Shown in pieces: positions 27,674 to 42,600 of a stretch of 64,000 nucleotides of DNA. Numbering within the stretch: position 1 is the stretch's first letter; the number at the start of each line of letters is the position of its first letter. The position numbers and the translations under genes are program-made. The stretch spans positions 7,943,573 to 8,007,572 of the forward strand of contig CM082594.2 of the NCBI GenBank assembly GCA_040954595.2, given 5' to 3'. Below the pieces are notes generated by a model. That model saw only the letters and a program-made list of their open reading frames with translations, was not told the DNA's origin and did no database searches. This DNA comes from Balanoglossus misakiensis. Lineage: Eukaryota; Animalia; Hemichordata.

Positions 27674-30600
27674 ATGGCGTCGTCTAACTTGTCCTTCGTC
27701 CTGCTCCTGGTTGTCGGAATCTGCGCTTACAGTAAGTGTACCTGAGTTGTCATTACAAAGTAATTTTTTTCCGTTTTCGCTCTTTTATGCGTTCGGGATT
27801 GGCGCGGTGACCTGATAAGGCACTCATTCAATGCGCTGCACGATGGAATGTCGCGTAGCGCGTCAGCCTTTAAATGTGCCGACGAACGTGGTTGCAAAGA
27901 GCCCTAACTTCAGCTGAGAGGCATGTCACGCTATTTCGAAAGGGCGAGAGTTGACTGCGCAGAAAAGTACAGAGACATTGAGAGGAAACATTTCTGAGAG
28001 AGAGAATATGGATGAACGGCGACAACATAATCACTGACTGGCCAAGTGACGAGGAAAGGTCGGATGCGCTCGCCTCGCAGGAAACTAAATGTTTGACCGA
28101 ATGGTTAAATATTTATATATCATGCGCATCACACGATTAAATGATGTTTCATTAACCGGCATTGAGCAAACAGACGCTACAGGGACAATTTTCCCCGACG
28201 TCATCAAGGACAGTCTGTTATAAAACCGAATCAAACCGAAACTATACGTTTTCTCTATACTTTATTGGAGCAATGTGGCCGTTTTTATAAAACAAACCCC
28301 GCGCTGAGACGGCTATGCTCTTGTACTCGCTACGGTTGGAACATTTAGACTGATTTACTTCATAGATAAGGTCTGAGTGAATACAGACAAGGTATTTTGT
28401 CATGAATCATGCATGAGATTTGTACAAGCGATGACAAATCGTCGCAAGAGGAACAGAAGAGCGCAGTCTCAGTATGCGAGGTTTAGGAGACCGTCGCGCT
28501 CATAGCAGAATGCATGGGTATAGCAAGTTCCCAAACAGGAAAGAGAAATATCTCAATTCAAAAGGAAAAACTTAAAAAAGGCGAGGGAGAAACAAAAAAT
28601 GTGATCGGAAACAAAAAAAATGACAGAAAGAAAAGGACGGGGGGGGGGGGGTTACAGTGAGTGACACAAAGGATGCAATAATGCACAGCTGTTGAGCTGC
28701 TTGCAACGTGATCGATACAATAGGAGACACGTACGTCTGCTTGAATTACAAGATGTTGCGCTTTGGTGATTTCTCTGGACAAAATGCTCAGTATTGGACT
28801 GACTTTCTCCAAGACGAAAGTGGTACTCGTGAGCTATTCTAAATTCGACGCGAAATAAAATAACACACTATCTGTATCATCCGAGAGAATAGATGCAATT
28901 GCTCGGCCAGTAAAGTAGCACGTGTGTAACAAAAAAATAAGGGTTGATGTTGTCTGTATAGCTATACCCGCAGAATAATGCAGCCATCGTCTGCTCAAAT
29001 TGAACGGGGGTCATTGACTTGCCTGTTTGCCAATGACCCCGTTGGATACCCTCCAGCCGAAGTCCATAACTACAACGGGGCCTTACAGAACTTAGTGCAC
29101 CGTACCCATCAGTGTGCAGTGTGTGCTCAGGGGCCTCGCATTTTCCACGTTTGCATCCTCGAAGCGACAAGTCTGGTATGCCTGAAATGATGCAATATCT
29201 CGGTGTCGGGAACTTAAACGCTTTGATTAACTGTATGACAGATGTGTCGTGATATGGTCACATACTATGGTTTCATCTGCTCGTTCACCATGCGTTACTT
29301 AAATGCTTTCGGCGATTTCTTTTGAAAAGTGGTATGCAAGAATATTGGCAGATGACGTTATTTCTATACCAGTCTATACTAGTAATGTATAGAGGAGTCG
29401 CCAAAGATGGCTTGTTGAATAACGTATTTAATATTGGCGGAAGTATTCAGACACAGCGGAAGAAATCGTTCAATATGAAGGCATTTCACTGATTTGCATG
29501 TGAATATCAAGTCTGTTGTATTTCTATGTACTGTTGTAACAAGAATTGTATCCTTCCGCGTGATTTATGATGATCGTTCAAGTGAACAAAATAGAACCCT
29601 TCAGAATGTCGCTTACAGTTCAGATTAGCTTTATCTTGCCCAGTCATCTCTCTAAGGAGAACAGCGACCCAGCACCGAGACAGAAATGTTTTAGAACACC
29701 TTTGAAGAGAGAAAAATACACATGGTTTCAGTCATTAGGTTAATTTGAAGTATGTTTGGACAAATTAACATTGTATGCATCATAAACCCAGAATATTCCC
29801 AGCCATTTTATTACCTATCGAGTATTTTCGCCGGGGTAATTACCCCGTTACCTGGATCTGTAATGGCACGATTACCGTACTTGCGATCTGATAACCCTCA
29901 ACGGTGATCAGCCAGAACTCATAAATCGGGTATTGCATGCATAAAGCTTAACTTATCATCAAACCGGGTTGATATTTCAGAGCCCTTCGACGTTTATGTC
30001 TCTTGTGTAAGAGGATTAGAGCACAGATCGACGTAATAGTGACGTCATTCCATATATCCGCGAATACCTGGAGAATATCCCTTTCTTTTATACTGTGGTG
30101 CACTCCATATGGGGAATAGCGATACCTTATGTGTGTGTGAGAGAGACAGAGACAGCGATAGAGCGAGCAGGGAGGGAGAGAGGAAGGGAGGGAGGGAGGG
30201 AGGGAGGGAGGGAGGGAGGGAGGGAGACAGACAGACACGTACATGCATCGTCTTCTCGAGTCAGTCTAGAGTCAATATAGTAGTCCTCTTTCTCATGGTG
30301 TCATCGACGTCAATTTGACTGTATTACATGTCACATGAGTGACAGGCTGTGTTCATTCAGAAAGGAAATATCACACTGCGAGACGACGGAATGTAAACGC
30401 CTGATTACACATTTTAACACGTCGCCTCCGCTGTTACAGTCTCCATGATGGGACTTCCGGTTAATGTGATACGCTACCTGCATATTAACAGCATCCACGT
30501 CAATTGAATTTTGTGTATTTTGTATTGGGTTTCCACCCAAGTAAAAACCACGATAAAATGCCTGGTCCGTCTACTTTCTTCAAGTCCGTGAAAGTAAGAT

Positions 30601-33600
30601 ATAAGGACCAAGAAGTGATGGCGGGTGTTTCGAAAATAGTTAAACCACCCTGCCCCATATGTGCCATCCGTTACGTGTCAGTCTCTAAGTCAACATGTAG
30701 ACTTATGAATACATGTATAGTTAGTGCACTGCAGTCTTGGCCATGGTCATTACCAGTGTCACACACAGGAAATATACTTTCAAGACAAGACTCTTACCCT
30801 AATGAAGCAAGCATACGCCTAGCGTCAGATTGTTTGGTTAGAAAAAGCGCCTGTCCGCTCAAGTATCTAACACAGATCATGTTCGCCTATCCACAGGCTC
30901 GACAGTCACAAGAACAAAACCCCCAAACCCTATTGGTTGCAGCTGCGCCTTGATGATCTCGATATCCCCCAGGTTACACTCCATTGTGCGCCTCTTTCAC
31001 ATAGAGACATCCATCGCCTTGGTAATTGTTGCCGGAGCGATCTCCGCGCTCATTAGCGAGATAATCGGTTTCTCAGGTGATTGAATGTACTCTTCCGCTG
31101 TAGTTGTGCTTACCTAGAGATTTGGAAGTGTCATTATTCTGTTTCAATGGAGGTTCGTAAACATTGTACACACAGAATCTTGTCCACGACCCATACCAGA
31201 CATTACAGCGGGCGTTAGCTGATATTGATTTTTACGAACTTTTAATTAAAAAAGATTGTTTGCATGACAGCCAAAATACAAGCGGAAATGAAACATATTT
31301 AAAAAACAAGTCTTGGGGTTTCACCAGAACAGTGTTTAATCTATTGGTAGAATTCCATTTTAAAGATCGGCGTTTTAGATTTTGGCTTGTATAGCAGCGT
31401 ACGGACGACCCAATTTTGGATTTTCCACGCTTTTGACAGCTACATAAAAAGCGTGTATGTGGAATATAGCTAAACTAAAAACTAAATTCTGCAATGTGTG
31501 TATTTTGCCAAAGGGAATAACCCCGATGTTGAATGTGTCAGCTTTTATACGCGAACTTTTTCTAAATTTAGCAAGTATTCGCCTTTCTAAAGAGATTAGA
31601 AGTAGACAGTGATTCATATCGCCATTTCATTTGAATAATTATCCTAAGCTGGTAATATGCGCGGGGCCCTAAGGTAATGGCGTCACATTTGTTTTAAACA
31701 GTCGGTTTAATTGTAGCACTTTTGAATGCGACATCGAGAAGTGCCAATTGACCATACGCAATGATTGAATTATTTATCCCATTATTACGTTTGCAACCCT
31801 TGATTGTCAATCAAATAATGGCCCGTTTTACAGTCGTTTTCACCTTGGAGAAGCAATTGCTGGGCAATTATCGATATTAGGATATCCTGATCTTTGTGTT
31901 AAAATTTTCGTAGTAGTATAAAGCATTTATTTATATTCATTCTAGTCTCTTTATAAAAGCGGAAATACTAGTAGCCTCGTTCTGACTCCTCTAAAAATCA
32001 TTATCCGACTCTGTTATGGGGATGGGTTTCTTTCTCACTAAGGATTTCTCTGGAACAAACTCAGGTCTGATCACTCTCGGTTAAATTAACTTTGTTTAGT
32101 TCTAGATTTGCATCTGGGGTATATCAGTTTGAATCTGCGCTGGCATTGTATACTGGACAGATGTCGCGCTGTGCTCGTACATGTACACGGAGACATCAAC
32201 AAATCGAATATTGGGGCATATCTTGCCATCACTACAACCCCCTACGGGTGAAATAAGACGTGTAAGACAACTCAGTTTGAGATTTTGCAGCAGTATTACT
32301 CACAGCCTCGGCGTGCATTTCAAATTTTCATGACGCGGTCAGAATAATAATGTCTCAACAAGAATTGTATCAGTGTGAGCACGACTCACAGCGTGTAAAA
32401 CTCGACATTTCAGTTGTTCCGCGTTGTGGGTTATATATAGAGATCAGTCCGTGACATCTACTGGCAAAACAAAACTAGATACAGGAATGTCCCGTCGATA
32501 CACATCTGTATTCACAAATATAATTATACAGACTATGACCCTTTCTTCGAAAAAGTAGCATTCTATTTGTGTGAGACGCTTTCTCACCTATACATACATA
32601 CATACATACATATACATACATACATACATGTACATACATATGCGCGCACCTATAAACACATATACCTGTATGCCTACAGACAAACAGACAGGATGATCCA
32701 ATTAAGATATACAGCTGCCCACACTTATATGATTAACAGAAGTAGGCCTACACTCTGCGTCACTGCATCGTTTATAAAGCAGTTTTCATATCTGGTCTAA
32801 ATGCAGAAAATTGCTGCAAGCCCCGGTTTTTCACAGACATGATTTTTCGCCAGGAGTTCAACTGAAAAAACCCACAGTGTTTCGCGCAGGATATTTGCAT
32901 CAATAAGGTACGACTGCGAGGCAAATAGTACAGATAATTTGGAATACTACGCGTTGCATACAATATGCGGCGAAGAGCAAACGTTAACGCAACTTTGATC
33001 ATTAAATTATGTATGAGCTGTAAAGTAGCCCAAGGAAGGATTGTAGGGGTGTAGTTTCTCTGTATTGTGTCTTTCTTTTGAAAAAAAGACATCTTCAGTG
33101 GCAATCGTGACTTGTAGGTCGCCGGCTAATCAGCGTTATGGGTCTTTGTGTGGCATCAGCGAAGAAAACAATCTCCGTCTCGGATTATTTGGCAAAGGAA
33201 AATATTACCACATCGGAGACTTCCATTTGGCCCCTATTTGCCGAATAGTCCATCAGGTCTTACGGTGGCAGATCGATGAGATTTGTCGGATGAGAGCTAA
33301 TTGAAATGTATAATGTCGATTTTTTTCCACGTCAAATGATAGCGGTCAGATGGTACATGTGTTGAGTCAGGTCTTATATTTACATTGCATTAGGTACACG
33401 TATTATCGTTGTTGCAATGTAATTTCAAACGTACGTGTTCCAACGACGAGATTTGGCATAATGGCCCATTATCATTGTGTACAAAATGAGCACGAGAAAA
33501 GTCGGTCATAAAATGAAAGTCTGCTGCCGGTTTGGTTATTTCATCTGCTTGTCGATGTTTCCGTTTTTGTATGTGTGAATATATTGCGGCAGGTTCCGCG

Positions 33601-36600
33601 ATTTCTGATCCACTTTCGCTGACAAATAATTGCATCTGTGCCGAAGAAATGTACACTCCTTGTGACATTGTCTAAAGAAACATTTTATTTACATAAATGC
33701 AAAAGTACATCGCGTAGATTTCCATGCCAACCGGTGACTATACACTTAGCATGCTTAGAGGTCGCTATTCTCAAATTGGCAAGGTAGAAATGTAATTAAC
33801 AGCCCCAAGACTTGCCGTGCACATTCTGAAAAGTCAACATTTTACGCATGATGTATTGCCTCGTATATCAATCTATTTTTTTCGACAGGGGATCTTGGAA
33901 ATGGGAACACAGCGATAACAGATTTGAAAATTGAACAGGTTTTCTGTCTTTCCATATCTCAAGGCATGGCGGGGATATTGATGTCTCGTAGGAGAAGATA
34001 TGATCCTGTATATCTGGTGGTTATTTCGTTGCAATGCTTACGTAGACCGTATTGCAGTGCAATGCCTATTGGCAAACGCCATGATGTACGATTACAATAA
34101 CGTTGGCGATATTTCATGTTTTGATGCAGACGTGAACGACATATGAATTTTTGTACAAACACGAATGAAGCAAAGATTAATACAGAAACGTGACCTCTCT
34201 GCACATTGTTTATTTTCCTATATTCGATCCAGTTGAAACCACGGCAAGAATAACTGTGTGGGAATCCTCTAGTGAATCATCATCTGGCTAATTTTAGAAA
34301 TGGGACCTTCATTTCCCCCATTAAGATTTTAAAACATGACAGTAATATGACCAGAGAAAGTTCAGAATGGGTTCAGATCGAATTCAAGTCGCCATACGCG
34401 GATTATCAGACGCTAAAGCTTCAGGGAACATCTATAGCTGATAAAGATATTTCGATCAACTCGGGGAACTTTTTTTGGTCTTACACGCGCAAGAGAGTTA
34501 GTTATTGAACTCGCGGGGGAGACTTGCTCAGTGACCCCATACGATGAATCTTTTACATCAGTCATATAAATGAGGACACTGGCGGTAATTTTAGAGAAGT
34601 TCCGCGGGGTCAAGTCACCTGCTACATAAAAAAACATCAAATCGACAAACCTGAAATTGAATTAAACATCACCCGGCGATGCCGGAGACAAGCATCGTAC
34701 CGAATACATATGGATGTGTGAAGTCGCACACAGCGAACGGCTCTGGGCTGTTCATTTTGTTTCACGTCAAATTATTCCTCGTTGCGGGGTTCAAGCAGTT
34801 CGCGCGGAATGTTCCAAGCAAACTATTCGAAGATAAACGATAATTACTTGATGCAAATTTTGTACACACCGGGTTGAATGTTACCGTTTGAGGTGGCGAA
34901 TTTGGAGCGCAACAAGCCAGACTCGTACGATACTTAAATGTTTCTTTGAAAAGGATAAATAGCCCTTGGCTCACTTTCGTGTTGAAACAGCTAAATGGAA
35001 AGCGCGCACTATCCTAATAGGGGTCGCGCGGATTTTTTTGACGTTTTGATTCCCAGAACCATTTCTGCATATTTTCATGATTGCGTAAAATTTTATGGAC
35101 AGTGGCAGTTGTATTGGTGTCGGAGAAACAATCACGTGATTGATTCTTTTTGATAATAGGTAAATTTCACGACCCGTTTATGATCTTGTACTTCCGTTGG
35201 TATATGGGGTTGTCAAAATTCAACATTTTCTACAGCAGGTGTGTATCTTGAAGGTAATGAATGCACGGACTTCTCCTTCTGAAAATAGCAACGCGGACGT
35301 GCTAGGCTACGCTCTGTCAAAAGAACGATAGTAGTCGAAATGGGCGGCTATTATTAGCACTGTCTTCGGATGATTCATTTCGTGTCGTCGTCATCGAAAT
35401 ATGCGAATCAAGACTGATGATCAGAGAAACCGATCAGCGAAACATTCTAAGGAATGACAAATGTCGCTATCCTTTGACGTCGATTGGTTACTGTATTGTT
35501 TTGCGTCAGGCGTTATTTGTGGTGTTTCCCCGGGGGTGTACCCCGGGGGTGTTACGCTGAGATGATCTGATCTCTACTTTGCTTGTGGCGCGGCGACAGT
35601 TCCGGTTCTAGCTTCTGATGTTGTTTTGAACTTGCCGAACCGACGACTCTAATGGCGGCGTCTCGTATAGCTTGTAACGGGGGGGGGGGGGGGAGGGGGA
35701 AAGACATCACCCACCCGCTTCATTCGGAGTCCACCCTACTCCGCTGACTTTCGCACGACTTCTGAGATAAACAGGTATTTTCCGCGTCAAATTTATGCGT
35801 AGCAGGTGCGTCTTACGGAAAAGCAGCAAAATTGAGCAATCATCCAGTCACACGATCGAATTAATGCCCAATGGCCATTTGTGGCCAATTCCCGCGCAAT
35901 TTGTCAAAGTCATGAACTTTAATGGCGGATTTGAAGCGGGCACAGTCTCAAAAAAGTTATACGCAGTCGTAAATCCGAAAGTATGCTTAAACTATTCAAT
36001 AAAAAAGAACTACATTATTAATGCCCAAGGCGAACTACGGTATAATACACGGGAATAACCTCCGCTAGTCGCGGTAGAGTTTCCGTTAGAACTGGGTACA
36101 ACCACTTAGTGCTACGGGACTCAATTTTTTTTATACGAAAAATGTAATTGAGAGTGAAATTGCGCACTACCCATTTCCGAAGCCTTTCCAATAGAGATAG
36201 GCAATATAGCGATCGAGGTGAAATAAGGTCTCTCGTATCGTTAATTTGTAGACTAGCCGGTGCGTGAGCAGCTATGCGCAACTGTCCCTGAGTGGGGATA
36301 TAGTACCACTACTGCTATGGGAATCTTACAGCTCTATATAACATTGACTGAAAAAGAAAAACTTCGGAATTCAGTCTAGAATATACCGCTGGAGCTTCAG
36401 AAAACCCCAAGTGGCTTGAAGCAAGCTGGATTTCGTCTTGAAGTGGCGCTTTCGTCCTCTCTGAAGCGCGGTGTGAAAATAGATCGCGCCAAACGAGCGG
36501 AGTCATGCGACTAGATATCACAGAAATCCCTGTGGTAATGGGAAACATGTCTTGTCTGATACTGGACAGTTTTCAATGTAGTCTTTTTTCCCCACATTAA

Positions 36601-39600
36601 CTTGCGACACGTGCTTTCTTGGGCAATATCTTGCATTAGTAACGTCAGATCTCATGAGATCACAGCCGTCAAGTCGCATGGGCCTTTTAATGGTTGTGGA
36701 CCCCAAGCTGCCTTCGAGTCTTTAGCAGACCGCCTAGAGGGCCCGTCCGATTGAACCGATTCAACAGAAGAGTCTTGTCCGCAATTTTACAGGAGAAACG
36801 ACCATGGAATAAACAGTCAGAGAGGATTAATACGTTTAATATTACATGTGATATACAGACAAGGACATGTTTTTGTGACGTAAATTATGTACAGCCTAAA
36901 TAATTTACTAAGAATATGTCTATGCCAGTGTATAGAACCGTCAAGATGATTTCTCGTGGGTGTGGATCGGACTTGCAGTAATGCATAAATATGTCATCGC
37001 ACAGTTTTCCTGAAAAGTCAGAATTAGAAATGAGGGAAAATGGAATGTGCTTTCACTTCACAAATCAGTCTGTTACTTCATTGAAACAGATTTGATCGAT
37101 TGAATTGTAAAATTATTTGTATGCACTGTCTTTAATGGAAGCGGACATTTTCTCGATAGGCCTATGTGTGAAATTTTGACGAGAATATTTTGATGATCAA
37201 CTGACATTGCTATTTCGTGATCTTCTGCAAGTGTGACTTCTGCCTGGAAGCTAAGTTTGAGATTCTTAGCTTGAGATTCAGCACATCGGAGACTTCTGGT
37301 ATACTGAGAGAGAAGGCCATCCTTTAATCTGTCTTGCTTATTCCCTGCAGGCGGTTTGCCGTGACAAGAGCATGGCGCCGCATAGGGGCATTAGTAACTG
37401 AAACTGAAACGAGAGCAAACATCACGCGTTTGGGTGTATATGTTTCTCATTTATCGACGTACAGACCTGGCTTAGTGGCCTTCTTTTTTATTGCGGGTCA
37501 AACATCCTCCCTAGAGGGTTTCTGAGTCACAACGAACGCCGCAGAACAAAATGGCCGCCATGCGAGGACTCCCATCATTCCATCGTTCAAGAGACGCACT
37601 CGCTGATTGGTCGGTTTGTTTTGCAATGGCCGAACAAAATGTAGTAGCATGGGGCATGGTCATTTAGAACCATCGCCTCACAGTACTTTGTCAATTTGTC
37701 TTAATAGACAGCATATACATGTACAACTACGTGTATCACGACTAATATTAATTGCTGAAACTGTTTTCTTTTCCTATTGACAGAATGTTTCGCATACGAA
37801 TGCTCTGATGACTATCCTATGGAATCATGTCCAACGCCACATGACGCAGACGACCTGAAATACTGCTGCTATTCACCAGAAGACAATTTTCATTGTTGTG
37901 CGCAGACGTTGCCGTAAGTACAACATCTTACTATGCATGTGAGATCAGGTGCCTTGGAAACAAGCGCGTCACGAGTTCTGGCAAAATGACCGAGTTTTAC
38001 AAAGGTATCTGAGTCACGAAAGTCGGTGAATCAATTGGGAGGGGGAGGGAGAAAGAAAGAGAGGAGAGAAAAAGAGAGAGAGGGGGAGAGTGCCAAATGA
38101 AAACGCCACCATACCACAAGAAACAACACTGCATCATACGTTCAACTTTAAAATTTAGGTTTTTAATAGTGAAGTAGCGGTATGCCGTATTTACACGGTA
38201 TATACATGTACACTGAAGACAAGTCAGCGTATGGGAAGTTGGCATTGTGTATAAACTTCTTTACACGCGATTGGTCAACTACGTCGGAGTCGTCTTCTTT
38301 TCGCAGTACATTAGGTTCTCCATTTCGACTTCAAAGTGGATACTTAGATACCGTCAAATGAAGCCAGCCCGAGGAGCGAGTGACATAGAAATTGGATATC
38401 ATGAAATGAATTCTTGCATCAGACCAGCATGCAGATAAATAGAATGTCGAAAACAGCTTGGGATTACTCAAACTTTGGCGAAGCAGAAAACCGAATTTAG
38501 AGCAAAAGTAACCTTAGTTGACAAAAACTAAGTCCGTGATAATGGCGTATAGCTGTTTACGTGGACACTGTAGCGAAAGTCAACAAGTGCAGTTTTACTG
38601 GAAGGTAATAATTCAGTGCCTTTATTGACCAAAAGTGAAGCTTATTTCGAGGGAATGGAACGCGATGAGCGAGTAATAGCTACCTTTGGGTGCATACAAT
38701 GGCTTCATTAAGCCGGCAACGGCGGCTTCTGTGAACAAAATGCAAATGCACTCAGTTGCTAACATTTAGATGTTGCACGTGATGTCGCGCCCTTTCGACA
38801 TACATAGAGTTTGAAAGGCAGAATTTGCTGCACGCAGGCAGACATTTTCGAGTGTGCAGTCGCTCTTTAAACGCGAACTCAACACATTTTGATGTCGTAA
38901 CTGTTTACTAAGCATTTTGGAGGATGACATTAAGCATACATAAGTGCCCTTTAGCTCACTACTCCCGATTTTCAACAAATTTGTTTCCGTGGTAACGCTA
39001 AAGGCCGCCACTTCAGTTATTGCAATTCGATCATACTTAAAGGATGTAAATATATAAAAGAGTCACAAATCTTGGATACAAAAATATTTTAAGTGCAGCT
39101 ATTTGTCCTTATTACTTTTGTATTACGGAAGTTGTGTTCAAATTCTCTTTATACGGCGTCCTTTCCGGATGGTGTATCGCGTAACATCATGTCCAGATGA
39201 CCTTATATCGCATACAGTTGGCATATTGTATGTTTTATAATGTTATTACTTGTAGACTGTAATTCGTCGGTCTATTCACATTTGTCAACATCTATGATAT
39301 TCCAGAAAACGTCTAAAATAGTCGACTGTTACAAGAGAAGTCAGTCACGTGGGGTAGATGGTCGTGTCACGGTTTTATCGCCCCGCGCTATGAAACACCC
39401 AAGGAGGCCTTCGTCATAGTTAAAAGAAACCGACGAATTTATGGTTTATTTCGAAATATGAAAATCACCGTGATGGCTGGCCGTGATTGATGAGAGATGA
39501 GTACGGCGAAAACAGACCCCGAGGAAAATAATAATGATCGCGAACTCTTCATCGACAGTTTTGAATTGGATGTCGTTCGTTTGACACTGGCATCATCATA

Positions 39601-42600
39601 GCTACGGTAGCTTTATTCCTCGCAAGCTTAGACGTATTAGAGACACTGACGTTTATCAATGTTACGTATGCTGACACTTTTCTTGTACTTCAGCTTTCAG
39701 TTCTGGAATATATCGCAGTATCTTCTTTGCAAACATGAAAAAGAAAATGCAATTTCGAGATGATCTCTAATCAACACTATATTCATTCTCATAAACGCGA
39801 ATCGATATATATATGAGGTCATAAGGTCGTGAAAGAAATATGACGGAACACTCTGTAATCTATCGTTACAGCGAGAAAATTAAATAACATCATTCATTTG
39901 CAAGATTTAAGTGATTTTACAAGCTGATTTGCAATTGTGGTTGTGTAAGGCATATAGAGCCCTTCTTAGCCCTTCATAATGAACCTATTCTAGGAGTTTG
40001 TGATGATGCTGTAAAAGGGTCGGTTTGGGCAATTATCACATTGTTACTGCCGCAAAAATTCTCCATTCTCCCCGCTGATTTTCTGTAGTGCCGTAGTCAG
40101 GGATGTAGGTTCCCGCTCTTTTCTTCACACCGAGTTACTTGCTTGACGAATTCATCTTCTACAACTTTCCCCTGAGTCCTTTTTTAAATGAGGTGCTGTT
40201 CAGACACATTTCTCTCGGCGATGGACGACAACTGCCGTGTAACTTTAATCAAGAAGACCTTTTGATCTGACTTTGAGCGTTTACGGAAAAAGATTGAGGG
40301 AGAGAGCGTCGCAAAATTACGCCACGACAAGAAAAATGATGCTGCCACCCTCTAAAAATAACTTAACACCCCGGGGATTCTAAACTACAGTACAAGACAC
40401 TGTTAACACGTAGGTGATTATTGCACGCAAGATCGTTAACGCACTCGTTTTTACATAGGCAGTGTTGCCACCCAAATGCAAGGTATGCAAAGTGTACACG
40501 CGCAAACATACACACACGACACAAGCAGAAACAAGCACAGACACTTGGAATAACCATTCAAAATTGGGTATTCTCCAATTGAAGATATCTACAGCCCAAA
40601 ACTTTCAAAAACATAAAAAAGTAGATATAGCTTTGTTGATTATAGTGAACTCATAACCTTGATCTATTGCAGTCGCCGCCGGGTATTTCTTATCGCGATT
40701 CACAGACTAATGCCTGAAAAGGCGATTCGGGAGTCTAGCCGGCGTTACCAATGCCTTCGTAAATCAAAATGTCAAAGCAAACAGAAATATACGATTGAAA
40801 TTGCAGCTTCCAGCCGTATAGATTAGAAAAACGCAACCCAAATCATGATGAACTTTTCACATGCACGCCGCAAACCCTTTCCGCCAATCGTGTATGGCAA
40901 TCTTATTCCGTAAAGTTCATAAATTAATTATATTTTGATTTCTAGTCTTAGCCATGTCTATTACGTAGTAATCTCTATAATTAGAAACATCGATCGTGGT
41001 TATCCCCGCCAGGGCGAGGTCTAAATGTAGCGCCATAAATATCACCGGAGAAGTAAATCGTAATCACTAGATATTGTATTTCAATTAAAGACCATGTAGG
41101 ATTATTTTTCTGAGGAACAACCGCAATTGCCCACAAGGGTTTATCCCTGTAACTTTTTCGGAGGGCGAGAATTGTTATTAAACATGGTGGAGAATCTAGG
41201 TTACAACCAATGAAGGCCATTTGCACGACCCCCCCCCCCATCCTTACATCCTTGTACGTCCCTTGGGGTTGTCAAATTCGACAGTTTGGATCATCAAGAA
41301 ACGTGTAAACCTCTGCTTGAATAATCAATTGAATCTACCACTGTATTGCTTGTTTAACCAACTAGATATTTTGCTATTTTAAGATGTATTAGAGCATTTT
41401 TAGTATCTTTATTCGTCTCGTAAACTATTTCTCTGAGTATGTTTTTGCAGCGGCGGGGTGTGAATTGTCGCCCGGGGCAACCGTGTGAGAATGCGACTGT
41501 TCTGATGAGCTGCGTACACAAGAGACGGGTGTGAAAATATGCCGTTTTATATCAGTATAGCAATGCGGCCTGGGGATTAGAACTACGATCTCACGGGATA
41601 TGACCAAATTTGAAGAGCGTAATTGTGAAATGTGAGAATTCAAGTGAAAGACTGGTCGTGACGTCACACTCTTTCTTTGAAAACGTATTGTGTCACCCAA
41701 TAGACACAACGCCCACGTACATGTAGTACATTTCACCATTTTACAACATTTTAGACGTGAACGCGTTTTATGAATTTTGTTTTGAAAAGCAATCATTTGA
41801 GAAGAATCGTTTTCCCCGGAGGCGAGGCTTTACTGTGATAACGATTTGAACTAAAACGGCGTTCCAGGAAAAGTGGTCCGTCTTGTGTACGAGATCACTG
41901 CAAGTACGGCTTTGTAGAATTTGACCCCAGCTCATATACTTCCCGTTCACACTTGATGGTTGTCGGTTGTTCCCCTACAGATAACATGATAAGGCATTCA
42001 GAGTGTAAATTGCCCGTGGGGTTAAATTGCAAAATTTGGGCGGATTTCATTTCGCATTTGTGTGCTTGTCGTTAGCGGAGACTTGCAAAGCAGACAGAGA
42101 GCAATTATGACCGCAAGGTATTTCATACACATTGAAGTTTTATGGCAAAAAATCAAATAACGCACTCGATTCAACTCGAAATATCACGCCAATGTTACAG
42201 TTAACAGAACCCTTTAACACACCTCGTCCGCTTCACTGTGGCTGTTTGAAATATTGTCACGTCGGTTGCGTCATGGTTGCGCTTGGCAACGAGAGGCATA
42301 CATTGTATATGTATCGGTTAACAAGATTCGAAGCCTAACTCAACAACTACTGTCCTATATTTCCACAAACTTTCACCGCGGCCGCGATGAAAAAAAATCC
42401 GTATGCGCTATCTTTTCTTATCTTGGCTAGAATCAAATGATATAGTAGAGGGAAACTTCACTACGAGGGTGTTTGTAATTTGACGGAAACTTTGAATTTT
42501 GCCCGCGACAGATGGAAGAGCTGCGCTGTTACGACGTATATGACAAAGCCGATATCATGCAAACTATCGCAGTTGTCCTGGAGCATTTTGGGTCTATGCC

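Noticed and set aside
29948-30318. PPSL/GREG repeat ORFs
   Set aside because: They are translations of the (GGGA)n microsatellite.
30504-30953. 149-aa ORF in paralog A intron 1
   Set aside because: No recognisable domain, a non-ATG start and no exon signals.
34272-34508. ORF with EWVQIEF...LQG resembling a discoidin/F5-8C segment
   Set aside because: The flanking conserved residues and convincing splice sites are absent; probably chance.
35528-35553. Duplicated ccccgggggtgt near-palindrome
   Set aside because: A short 13-bp tandem duplication with no further supporting structure.
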